A stretch of 64,000 nucleotides of DNA. Source: the human T2T-CHM13v2.0 reference genome, Homo sapiens. Positions 1 through 12,945 of this stretch are shown in pieces. The position numbers were made by a program, and so were the translations under genes. Every line of letters starts with the position of its first letter. The first letter of the stretch is position 1. The stretch lies in assembly GCF_009914755.1 (NCBI RefSeq), contig NC_060938.1. The stretch is one strand, 5' to 3'. Under the pieces are notes generated by a model. It saw only the letters and a list, made by a program, of their open reading frames with translations. It was not told the DNA's origin and made no database searches.

Positions 1-212
<212 letters not shown>

Positions 213-1127
213 TTATTTCAAGGAGGCTACTTGACCATTTCCAGCCACTTTAATTGAAGACATATCTTAGGTGATTCTCACCAGTCTATGGAAAGTAGCA
301 ATACGAAAGAATATGAGAGATAAGATTAGCAAATACTGAGTGGAATCCTGCAATATCTGATTATTGCTGCAGAGTGACTGGAGACTCACAAGCCCAGTGG
401 GCACACAGAACTTAAAAGATTGTCTTTGCTACTCGAGTAATTCATTTCTTTACCTTACCTTGCCGTCCCGGTCCCTCTCAGCCCTCAATTAAGCTGCCAT
501 TGATATAGGATTTATAATGTGTCACTGGTCCATTCAGGATACAGTGACAGAGGTGTGGCTGAAAAGCTGGATAATAAAAAATGGAGGCAACTTCCATTTC
601 TGTTCAAATCAGGGTAGCAACAAAACCATAGCTGACCCTTGTTTCAGACCAGCACAGTCCAGCTAGACAAATATTCCAAGCACTGAATTGTGCACTAAAT
701 GCCTAGTGCCCCTTTCAGAAGGGACATTGCCTCTGAGTGACCAAGATGCTCATAGTTTCTTCCCACGATGAGAACATCTAAACCTTGGAAAATGATTGTG
801 GTATTCATTATGTTATAATTTTCCAGAAAAGAATCTGTATTTATTCTTCCTCTAGGCTTCTAAACAATAAGGTAGGTTTTACAAATGAGAATTTTTTAGG
901 AATAGTTTCTTGACTATACCAAATTTGAAAATTTGTGTGGCATTCGACCACATGAATTAGGTAGTATTAGAGTCCTTTCCAGGGATCTTAAATGTTATGA
1001 ACTTTATTTTGTATAAGTAGGATTATGCTCATTTGTGTCTTAAATACACAGTGAGACTTTGGACTTTTTTTTGTTAGAATTTTATGTTAGAATTTAACTA
1101 TTTAAAAGAGGAGTGTTATTTCTTTAG

Positions 1128-1543
<416 letters not shown>

Positions 1544-1602
1544 CCAAATTTTAAATTATTAATTGTATTCAACACCAGTAATATCTTAGGTTGTGGTTGC
1601 AA

Positions 1603-1935
<333 letters not shown>

Positions 1936-2319
1936 TGGATATAACTTTAAAAATTAAAGTCTGATAAAATGTGTACATGTGCATTTAATTGTGGTTAGCT
2001 GCCTATTATTTAACCAATATGATAACACCCCTCAGTCCCAACTTACTCAGCATTTAGAATGAATTGATAGAGGTTTTACTCTGAAAAAAGTCAGTCTATT
2101 TCCTCAGTTTTCTGGGTTTTGAATAACTGCTAGGCCTTGCCAGATAATTCTGGCCTAAAGATAAAGCTGGTGAAAGTCAGGGCTGGGGTTTTGCTACCTG
2201 TGTATTTATCAGTCTTCTCCTAAACCATAGTCTGCCTTTTGATAGCTCTAATAATTAATTTGGTCTTCCCTGTCTTTCTTCTCCCTTGCCCCCTACCCCT
2301 TCTCCCTGTCTGTTCACAG

Positions 2320-2416
2320 GTTATCTTGACGAATCAGATTACAACCCATCTGAGTGGAGCCCTGGCTTCTCAGGCAGACCTGGTGTCTCCAGCTGATGAT
2401 TTGTCCCTGTCTGAAG
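2320..2416 (+). CDS. RAD51B: RAD51B internal coding exon (97 nt; exon 8 by recollection), RAD51 paralog B
   Basis: Translates VILTNQITTHLSGALASQADLVSPADDLSLSE-G, matching recalled human RAD51B. Pyrimidine tract plus CACAG acceptor (AG 2318-2319) and GAAG|GTAAGG donor (GT 2417-2418); phase 0 start, phase 1 end. Confidence 0.96.
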
Positions 2417-3654
2417 GTAAGGAATCTGTCCTGGAGAGGCTGAAACTTGACACTGACATAGAGCCCCACTGCCTCTCCACCTCCTGTTGAGAGCTGGGAG
2501 ATATGGCTAATAGGCCCTGGCCAGTGAACCCAGCCGGAGCCTGTTGATTTAGGTTTGGCCACCTTTCCTGGCATCTGATCTCTTATATTGGGGAGTCTTT
2601 TGCCCTGCCTCTATAAGGGAGCTCCATTTGGAGGCCAGTCACTCCTCTGTGTGTTATTTCAAGTCCTTAGTATGAGGGCTGATGAATTGTTAAATGACTT
2701 TGTTTTTGAGACTGATACTCAAAGGTTGGCTTTCCCAGTGGTCCCCTAGCAATTTAGCCTTTTGCTTGTGCTGAGTTCTTTTGGACTAAAAAGCGTACAT
2801 CAGTTTCATGTGCCAGAGATATGACATTCCTGATCAGCTTTACAGAAGATTAAGAAAAAAATCTCCACGCTGGTAAATCTGCAAAATTTTCTCCACCCTC
2901 CCCTGCTAGCAAAGGTCAGGCTGGCTATGGTTTCGATGGCAATAAGCTTTACGTAGCTGGGGAAATAACACCAATAAACCAGAGGGTGGTTTCTAGTTTT
3001 ATTGAAAGTGCTTACTTGACATTTCTGAGTTGTTATCCTTGTAGTCTAGTATCTTTCATGCAGAATGCTGTGGGTCTGGGTAGACATGCATAGCTCTTCC
3101 AGGCCCCTCCTCCCTTTCCACTTTCTGAGAATTGCTCATGAAGGAATACAGGAGACTTTTAGGCCTAGCAAGGCTCCTGGATGGCTGCCCAGGTGATCTT
3201 CTGCAGATCAGCTTTGCTTTATGGTCTTAGAAATTGCAAGAACCACACCTCTGCTTCTTAGTGGTGGCTTTAGGAGGGAAAACTAGTGGCTAATTTATGA
3301 AAACTGTACAATGCTTTGTGTACGCTCCTTCCAAGTTCAGGGATACATCATCATAACCCCTATCAGCGAGGCTGAAAACCTGAATCATCGAGCATTCCTC
3401 CCTCCTGAAACTTTTGTCATCAAGTCTGCTTAGTACTTCTTTCCGCATGTATCTTTCCTTTGTCCCCTCTTTTTTGTAATGTGTGTTGTGATCAGCAGAT
3501 TTACTAAACTCCCAATTGAATTATTTTAATAACATCCAGATTGGCCTTCCCAGCTCTAGCCTCTACAGTTTCCATTCTGCCACTACCAAATTGAACTTCC
3601 CCGTCTGGCCTTGTTCTGCTCTGTTGCTCTCCTACTCAGAAATCTTAGAATAGT

Positions 3655-3708
3655 TTTTTTTGTTTGTTTCTTTTTTGTTGTTTGTTTTGTTTTTGTTTTT
3701 GTTTTTTC
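3655..3708 (+). repeat. T-rich (TTTG/TTTTG)n low-complexity tract
   Basis: Directly visible. Confidence 0.85.
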
Positions 3709-3709
3709 T

Positions 3710-3887
3710 GAGAATGAGCTAAAATCAGTAAGCTGATTTTAACATATTTAGGGATTTGGGATTTGTTAGCTTGAAATCAGCCATGGTGAAAGTATTTATA
3801 CCATGGAAATCAGCAAATGCTGAAAATCAGGTGGCTTGTTTTTTTATTTCCTCCCTTTGTGTAGACTGGTTTTCAAAACACCACTAG
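3710..3887. mobile_element. hAT DNA transposon fossil, MER63-like
   Basis: aaatcagccatggtgaaagtatttataccatggaaatcagcaaatgct resembles the recalled MER63 core; ends ...aacaccactag. Confidence 0.6.
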
Positions 3888-3889
3888 AT

Positions 3890-4362
3890 AAAGTGAATGA
3901 TTTCAACCCTTCATAATCTGTCATTTCCTTTCTATTCAAATTTAGTTCCTGCCGATATCTTAGGTGAAGCTCCTATGCCAAGTGTGCCACTCTTGGCCTG
4001 CCCCTCCCCACTCCCAGCTCCAGGCCTGTGCAGAGACAGCTCACCTAGAACAGTGCTTCCCCCTTTCACTTCTTCTGCTTCTCGTCCCACATCCACTCCT
4101 TCGAGGCTTATTTAAAGACTGCCTCTTTCACAGAACCTGCTTGCCTATGGTCTCAGTCTCTTTTTCCTCTGTGGCCGCTCTATCTGCTCAACTGTATAAA
4201 GAAAAAGTCTAGAAAATTAATTTAACTTTTCATGTTTTTCTGCCTGAATTGGCAGATTTTAAAGACACGACCATGTCATATTCTTTTTGTATCCATGTTG
4301 TTATCCAGTGACTAGCAAAGTTCTAGACACATACTAGGCAGTAAATAAATGCTGAATGAATA
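3890..4362 (-). mobile_element. L2 fragment (3' end), highly diverged
   Basis: L2 tail motif actaggcagtaaataaatgctgaatgaa and typical pyrimidine-rich L2 body. Confidence 0.5.
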
Positions 4363-4446
4363 TCACAGTAAATACTTCAGAAGAACAGTGACCATGAGAA
4401 TCATATAAAGCACCTATGAACATTGTTAAAAATTGTTATAATTATT

Positions 4447-4479
4447 ACACACACACATACACACATATACACACACACT
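4447..4479 (+). repeat. (CA)n imperfect microsatellite
   Basis: acacacacacatacacacatatacacacacac. Confidence 0.9.
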
Positions 4480-5011
4480 TAATTCAGCTCTGAGGAGACC
4501 AGAATAGAGTAAACTGCTTCCTTATTTGAAAATCAGTAAGTACTTTTATTTGTGTTGCCTTCCTGGTTTATCTTAAGCAAAGAAGAAGAGCAAAACACAT
4601 AGAAAAGAAATTGCTTCAGGGTTGCAGTATAACTGCCACAAGAAACCCCTGACTTGTGTTCATAGCAAAGGAAGAGTTACCAGGTTATCCTCCCAGAAAT
4701 CCAACAAAGAATGGAAATAATTGATTTTTCTAGATTTTTTTTTTGTATAGCTGAGCAGATAAAGAGGCTATATAAATATATTCCTATAGTCTATAATGAA
4801 GGTTTTTATTAGTGGATTAAAATGAACAATGTCTTAGAACATTTATAGCCATTCAAATATATTACAATGGATGTTAAGTTCCTGTGATTTACACACACAC
4901 AGACATGCACACGCATGTATAAATTGCTCTGTTTTGCTTCAAGCATTCATTGTATCAGCTTTGCCATTGTGTTATTAACTGTGGTGTTAGGCAGGCCCTT
5001 TTGATGACTTT

Positions 5012-5408
5012 GGGTCTCAGTTTCTTCTGTTACATGACAGGTTGGAAGAATACAAGATTGCTAAAGTGTTTTCCAGCTCTAGCATATAAGATCATGAGGT
5101 AGGTCTGAAGGTCAGGAGCATTCACCCACTGATGGGGTTTTAATTCTGACTTACAGAGTAGGAAGAATGGCCGTGTTGCTGATGTTGCCCTAGATTAAAC
5201 ACAATAAAAAGGATCTTTAATAAATCTTAGCACTGATACTTCGGCATACCTGCAGGAGCCTTTCCTCCCTGTATGTTTTCTCTTTGTCACTCTGGGGACA
5301 CTTCTGGTCTTGTCTGTCTGTCTCTTGCTCTCTCTGCCTCTCTCCACACAAAGGTGTACAAAATCAGAAGTGTGTGCAAACCAGTGAGAATGAGAAACAC
5401 ACTGGGAT
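5012..5408 (+). repeat. Long inverted repeat, left arm
   Basis: Aligns to the reverse complement of 6327-6706; 86/90 identity over 5319-5408, roughly 75-80% further out. Confidence 0.95.
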
Positions 5409-6326
5409 GGGGTGACTGGTCAATTTGCATAAGTTCCAAAAGTTCCATTCTCCCAATAGTTTGTGAATGGGATAGTTTGTGAAAGGCAGGCTGCAAATTG
5501 ACAAGCACACTGCAAATATGAGGAGATATTTTAAGTAAATAGAGAAAATTCAGTTTGCCCTCTCATTCCTTCTCAAGGCACAAAGCTCAGGGGCAGGAGC
5601 AATGCCGGGAAAGTCCTTGGCCCTTGGGGTGTACTTCTCCCTTCTTTGGCTCTCCCACCTGGGAGCTGGATAACTCAACAGTGGAATGAAACCTCAATGA
5701 AGGGAATTATACCATGATGTCAAGCAGTGAACATGAGTCTACTTAATCCAAGCCAACAACTCAGCCACAAATTTAATAAGGGTGGTGGGGCGGGGAGACC
5801 CAGCAACACAAAAACAAAGAACTCTCAACTTTACAAACACTGGGAGGGCAACAGCTGGTCAGCCGAGATTAAAGGAGCGTGAGAGAGCACCTCCCATCTC
5901 CTGACTTCTCCTCCCCCATAGACGTCCCTGCAGCCAGCCAGGGCTCGCTTTTTACAGCCCTGTGCAGATGACCTTGTTCCAGCTAAGATAGGAGCTCTTT
6001 TGATCTCAGCAGGGGGATGCTCTGGGCCTGCAGCTGGCAGATATTAATAGTACAGGATCTGTTGGGGTGGAAGAGATCTCTCGGTTGGGCCAGGTCACTT
6101 GTATTCCCTCCTCTGCATCAGAGCAGAAGGGACTTCATTTCCCTGAGTCAGCCCCTGCTGCGTACTACTCCTCTTAGGTCAACTCAGATCATTTTATCGC
6201 TGGCTGCTCTTGGCTGCTTGTTCTCACCTCACAACTGTTTTCAAGGGAGCACTGTTTAAGCAGTGTACTGTGCACTGCAGCTGAAATCTATTACAGGACA
6301 GGGTAGACCTTGCCCCCCGCCCCCAA

Positions 6327-6706
6327 ATCCCAGTGTGTGTCTCATACTCACTGGTTTGCACACACTTCTGATTTTGTATACCTTTGTGTGGAGACAGGCA
6401 GAGAGAGCAAGAGACAAGATCTGAAGTGTACACAGAGTGAGAAAGAGACAGCAATACAGGAAGGGGAGACTGTTGCAGGTATGCCAGAGTACCAATGCTA
6501 AGATTTCTGAAGGTCCTTTTTGTTGTGTTTAGGGCAACATCAACAACACAGTCATTTTTCCCACTCTGTAAATCAGAATTAAACCCTATCATTGGGTGAA
6601 TGTTTCTGATCTTCAGGCCCTCCTTATGATCTTAACTGTTAGAGCTGGAAAAGACTGTAGCAATCTTCTAGTATCCACTCTGTCATTCAACAGAAGAGAT
6701 AGGGAC
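6327..6706 (-). repeat. Long inverted repeat, right arm
   Basis: Reverse complement of 5012-5408; the ORF track shows the same peptide HTKVYKIRSVCKPV on opposite strands. Confidence 0.95.
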
Positions 6707-9493
6707 AGAAATAAGGATTTTTTCTACATTGTTCTAGACTAGGTACTTTGAGTCACAGTATTTTCTTCTTCAGATTTCATTTCATTGACAGAAGTTCAGA
6801 CATATAGGTTATTATAGAGTTCCCTGCTCAGTTATTGTGACTGTTGTGTGGCCAAGGACACATTTCTTAGCCCTTGCCAATTCTTCCTTATGGTCATTGG
6901 AGATACTAAGAACTGTTGGACCTCAGTCATAGGTAACATCTCTTTCCCCCAGAGTGATTAATAGAGAAGGGATCTAACAGTCCAAATGGCCTAAGATGCC
7001 ATATCCTATTCCAAAGTCACCTGGGATTTGAGCAGAACCAGATGAGTGCCCACCTACAGTTGGTAGGTGAGATTTGACAAATGGTAACAGTGAGCCCTGT
7101 GCAAGATTGAAGCTATAGACCATTGGCTTGCTTTCTTCTGACGATTTAACAGAGTAGCAGTTACTTCATTATGGTGACATGGCCCACTTCAGGAGTTCCA
7201 CATGGCTTTATGGAAAAGAAGACATTATTAGGCTGCCATCTTGGTATTCCCAGCATCTGGCATGTTGTATCCTGTTTTCTGCATTACTTGTTTTCCGATA
7301 GACCATAGCACATGAAAACTAAAAATGTAAAATGTGTGGATAGGTCAAGGAAAGAACACAAGAGAAATAGCAGCACTTCCTAGAACCAAGAGTGGTTTCT
7401 AGTTTTATTGTTGGAAGGCTTTCTATTCTGGTTGGAGTCAGGGGAATTGATGGCTGATTTCATGTGCAAGAGAAAGTATTTGGGGATTCATATTCCCTAC
7501 CAAACCATCCCTGCGAAAAGCTGGAGTCCATTTGAAAGATTATATGCAAGTTTGTGGCTTGTGTTCTCTTTTAAAATAAGTTCAACAAGCAAGACAGCTC
7601 AGAATGGTTGGGACAAATCAGAGACTCATGGTTGTGAAAGAAGCAAACTTCAAAGCGCGGTATGAATTTTCAAGTCTTATTTCCACTCTTGCTTTCCAGC
7701 TGGATCTGCTCTGGATTTACTGCAGGATGTTTGAAAATGTGGCTCCCTGCTAATCTCAGACAGTTGCTATGATCAATGGTTTCTTTCATTTCCGATAAAA
7801 AACACTGGTGTTTCTACTTAAATTGTGTGTATTTTCAGCTTTATTATTATAGTTATGATTTATTGTCCTGCATTACCCAAATTTGTAATCCATTAACCAC
7901 AGACTTTGGGGTGGGTTGGTCAAGTTAGCAGAAATCTCTACATGCTTTAGCTCCAAGGCCCTTCACAGCCCAATCTCAGACTAAATGTTCATTGGTTTGT
8001 GTAGGGCCATGTACCAACGGGTATGAGTGGAGTAGTTTTAAAAATCCACTCCTTGGGGGTATGGTGCAAGTTGGCTGTAATTAGTACTTTGAAAGCCTAA
8101 GGTGTCACCATGTGACTACAAAGTTAATATTAACAACTATGATCAACATTATTAACATTAGCTTTTCCATAGTATTTTTAATTGTCTTAAAATGATGAAT
8201 TTCTTAATCTACCTCAAGCAACTGAAGCATGAAGGAGAGAAGAGAATTGCTGAAAGGCCACACAGTGAGAGCTGGTGTGCTGGGAACAGAAGTCAGAGCC
8301 CCTCCCGTGAAGTTTTAAATTTGGTTACTGCTGCCTCTTAGGAGTGAGTTTTGGATAAAAATGTTTAAGTGTCCTGGTGACCTTTCAGTTTTTGTTTCCA
8401 AAGCCATAGACTATATCAACACACACGATTTTACATGGTTCTATTCACAAGGGCACACGCCGGCCAGTGCTCTACTTCCCTGGTATTCAGGAGTCCATAG
8501 CACTTGACTGGGCATATGTCTTCCAGCAGCTGTTCAGATGCCATGAAAGGCCTGATTTATAGAAAAAGATTAAAAGCACCAAAAAATGTGTGGTATTCGG
8601 CTAAAGAAAGCTTAAATATTATGTGAGTAGGGGAGGCTAGAGTTGAGAGGAGATGGGCACAGCCTGCAAATGTCAGAAAAGCTGTAAATCCCAAAAGGGA
8701 GAGGAATGTGTTGAGGATTTTCAGCCTGGAGGCCAGGGGGCAATGTAACCTCAGCTGGGAGAACAAAAGGAGAAAGGGAACATTAAAGTCAACCACCAGG
8801 AAGTGCTTCTTGGTCAGGAGCTCTGTTTTGCTGGTGCTAGTTTGTCAAAAGGAGGCACATTTGAAGCACAAGATGCATTACAATCAAGTTAGATGAGAGC
8901 CAGAGAGGTTTCTTTGGGGAGCAGTCCTTGAGGTAGTTTGTGTGGGAGTTGGGCTAGCTTTAAAAGTAGTTTCCCCTCACCCTCAAATCTTTTTACCGTC
9001 TAGAATTTACTGTCTAATTTCTCAAATCTGCACTGTTTCTGTTAAGGTCTCAATGTCAAGAAAGCTGGAGGGACAAAAACACCAAGGCATCTTTGTCAGT
9101 TGCCTCAGCTAGAGAGGTGACGACAGGGCCAAAAGCCGAGAGAATGGGATGCCAAGAGGTGGTGTGATCCCAGAGGCCTTCAAGTTAGAAGGACTCTCTG
9201 AGAAGAGATCCTTGTTTTCCATCACTGCAGAGAATGCTATACCAAGGGCGAGAGGCCTCTAGGTCAGAGATCATAAAGAAGAAAAGAATGGCTGGATTTT
9301 AGGGGTGGTGCCCAACGATTAGTTTGTGTTGTAATGTGGCATGAAGCGTCTTCAGAATGCATTTGCGATGTTTACTAGGATTTGGAAAAGGATCGTAACA
9401 AGGTCTAGCAAGGCAGTCTAGCCCAAGGAGGGTCCAGTTGAGTTCCGAACTAGTTTCTGATATCTATCCCTTCCAAAACTGCATGTTTAATTA

Positions 9494-9540
9494 AAGAACA
9501 GCCCTCCTCTATCTTCCCCAGATAGAGGAGGGCTGTTCTT
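9494..9540. repeat. Perfect palindrome: 21-bp stem, 5-nt loop
   Basis: aagaacagccctcctctatct-tcccc-agatagaggagggctgttctt. Confidence 0.98.
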
Positions 9541-9726
9541 CAGTCGAAGATATGGAGTGGTTGTGTTTCTCTACCAAAACCTTTATTCCATTTTCTCAAA
9601 TTTTAGCATACATCAGAATCACCTGGGGGGCACATTAATACACACATTATGGACCATATACTGTATGCCTGGCATCGTATGTTTATTATCTCATTTAGTC
9701 CTCACAACCACCCTCTGAGGATAGTG

Positions 9727-10066
9727 CAGTTGGCCCTCCTTATCCATGAGTTCTGCATCCATAGATTCAACCAACCATGAATCAAAAAATAGTAGGGGAA
9801 AAATGGATGATTGCATCTGTACTGAACACAGACCTTTTTCCTTGTCATTATTCCCTAAACAGTACAGTATAACAACTATCTACATAGCATTTACACTGTA
9901 TTAGGTATTATAAATAATCTAGAGATTATTTAAAGTATCCAGGAGGATGTGTGTAGGTTACATGCAAATACAGTGCCATTTTATATAAAGGACTTGAGCA
10001 TCCATGGATTTTGGTGTCTGCAGCGGGCCCTGGAATTATTCCCCTGCAGATACTGAGGGACAACTG
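9727..10066. mobile_element. MER2 (TcMar-Tigger) inserted into a MIR (about 9660-10185)
   Basis: TIRs cagttggccctcc ... gagggacaactg followed by TA; flanks are contiguous MIR (ctcacaaccaccct...attatcccattttgtagatgaaggaactg). Confidence 0.85.
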
Positions 10067-10664
10067 TATTAATTATCCCATTTTGTAGATGAAGGAACTG
10101 GGGCTTAGAAGGCTACACAATTAGTGGCAGAGTCAGGATTTCCACCTAGGGAGACTGGCTCCAGAGGTACATTTTTATCCACTAAGCTCTTTTGTAAGGA
10201 TACAATTGAGATTATCATGACTATGTATAAATAGGAACTAAAAGACAGCCAGATCACATGGGTATTGGGAAGGTTGAAACTTAGGTTATTCTCTTCATTT
10301 ATCTCATCTCTGTCTTGCCTTTCCATGACACTGACACTTGACTTTATGATCTAATTGACCCATTTTATCTTTCACACCTAGTAATTGTGTTCATGGGTTG
10401 CCTTTTCATCCATTCAGCCATAACAGTAAAGAAGATGGCCAGTACACCTATCCTTTCAGCAGGGTCCATTGATGGGGGGCATTTTCTTATAAGGGGCTAT
10501 ATATGAAGGACAGATTCCTTTTGAAGGGAGGTAAATACCCAAACATAACATCTAATAGAAGGACTTTGTCCAGCTGAGCAGATATTATAAGTTTGTTAAG
10601 TAGGACTGTGTAGCTCTGTTGACCCCTTTAGTCATTTTCATTCTCAGCATCTTCTCCTTCTTCC

Positions 10665-10944
10665 ATTTATTATTTATTTATTTATTTAGAGACAGGGTCT
10701 CACTCCATTGCCCTCACTGTAGCCTTGGCCTCCCAGGCTCCAGTGATCCTCCCACCTCAGCCTCCCAAGTAGCTGGTACTACAGGCATGCACCACCATGC
10801 CTGGCTAATTTTTTCAGTTTTGTTTTGTAGAGACAGGGTCTTGCTATCCTGCCCAGGCTGGTCTCAAACTCCTGGCTTCAAGCAATCCTCCTGCCTCTAC
10901 CTCCCAACATGCTGGGATTACAGGTGTAAGCCACCACGCCCAGC
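10665..10944 (-). mobile_element. AluJ (internally deleted)
   Basis: Antisense Alu with J-type diagnostics. Confidence 0.9.
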
Positions 10945-11963
10945 GCTCTCCTTTCAAATAAAAATTTTGATAGAAGTTACCTATCACTAGTCCATGCCAT
11001 CAAGCCAATATACTGTTTTAAAAATGAAATGTAAAAATATTTTCTTTTAGCCCCAGGTAACCTGGCTCCTCCTTGATCTAATTTTCTTTATACCAATAAT
11101 CAGCCTTTGAATTTGTCTTCAGGAGGGGAGAGACGTCTCTTCTGTTTATCCAGAATCCACTCGCTACTCTAAACTATTATTATCTGGTGAGATATGAGGC
11201 CTAAATTTAACCATGTATAAGTTACCTCATATTCAGGGACATATAACAGAGGCACATTAGCTAGCGCAGGCTGTCCCCATGGTCAGCCATGATCTATCCA
11301 CTGCTTGAGCAAGGGAAGCCAGAGAAGACAAGAGGGCAGCTGGATAACTAAAATATGTGCAGTGGAGAACTCTGTGTCTGTTAGTTACATCCTTTTCATG
11401 ATTTACGGTATACAAGAGCAAAATTACTCTCTACCCTCAGGGGAGTGTCTGAGTTTTGTGGGTTAAAAGCAAATGTATATGTGTATATGTGCAGTGTATG
11501 TGTGTGTGTTGAAGGTGGAGGTTCCCGTCTTTAATAGAAGGCCTTTTTAGGTTATGATGTTGATTTTTTTTAACCATACTTCCATCTAATAGGCTCATCA
11601 AAGCAGCTAAGGTAATCACATTTCCTGGCACTGTCATCTCCAGCTATAGAGGATGAAAGAAATCCAGTGGATAGGTTTAAGGAGACAAATGTTTTTTTGT
11701 TTTAAAATATGATGTTTAGGTAAATGAAGCTAGAAAAGCCTCAAAATAAATTCCTTCTGAGTAGGACTCTAGGCCAGAGATAGAATAAGCAATTGAAATC
11801 TTTCAATGTAGACCCCAGAAAACAAACAACAGTCGATAAGTGGCTGCCAGAGACCAAGGGGTGGATCCAAGGCCAGCCAGGAAGAAGTTTCTTCCTCCTT
11901 CAGGGACAAAACTAGAACTGAGGGAAACAGCTCTTGCCCTTTGACTGGATACTACAAAACTAA

Positions 11964-12332
<369 letters not shown>

Positions 12333-12945
12333 AGAATGTAAGTTCTTGTGGGCAGGAATTTTTGTCACTTTTGTTCAGTGCTGGATCTCCACATCTTAGA
12401 AAAGTGCTTGACAATAATAGTTAATAAATAATTGATGTTAATAAATACTGTATGATGAATGGCAATAGGCAATTCAGGGAACCATGTGAGAAAGGAAAGA
12501 ACAGAAGTGGAACAGCTCAGCTTTTGAAGGAGAAATCTCCCACCTTCACACAAGGGTGGTGACTGAGTAGCTTAGTGTGATACACTATAATGATATTTAT
12601 TAGCCACCTACCATCTGCTAGGTCATGTGTTAGACAGGTGCTTGGGACACATAGACAAATGCTACAGTCCCTGCTCTATGGGAAGCTCACAATCAGGGGA
12701 GGGGAAGGGCTGTGGCTATGACGGACAAGTAAGCAGGTTACATTTGGTGTCATGATGGCATTAGGTTTGGGATGTTTTTGGGGAACAGATAGGAGTCCTG
12801 GCTTGGGGATGGAGGCTCTCTAGGAACTTTACAACAAGGAGGCATGTGAAGAATTAACAGCAGTTCTTAATAGGAGAGAGAGAAGGGGAAAGTGCACCTG
12901 GCAGAGGGAAAAGCCCCCGTCATGGAATCCAGGCAGGGGCCGGAT

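Noticed and set aside
5273-6592. ORFs sharing the peptide HTKVYKIRSVCKPV on opposite strands
   Set aside because: By-product of the inverted repeat; similarity is at DNA level with frame-breaking indels and non-ATG starts.
5012-6706. Inverted repeat as TIRs of a DNA transposon
   Set aside because: Identity is highest at the inner ends, outer ends fade into MIR-like sequence, and there is no TSD or transposase remnant.
8725-8745. CTCF-like motif ggccagggggcaa
   Set aside because: Only a partial match; expected by chance.
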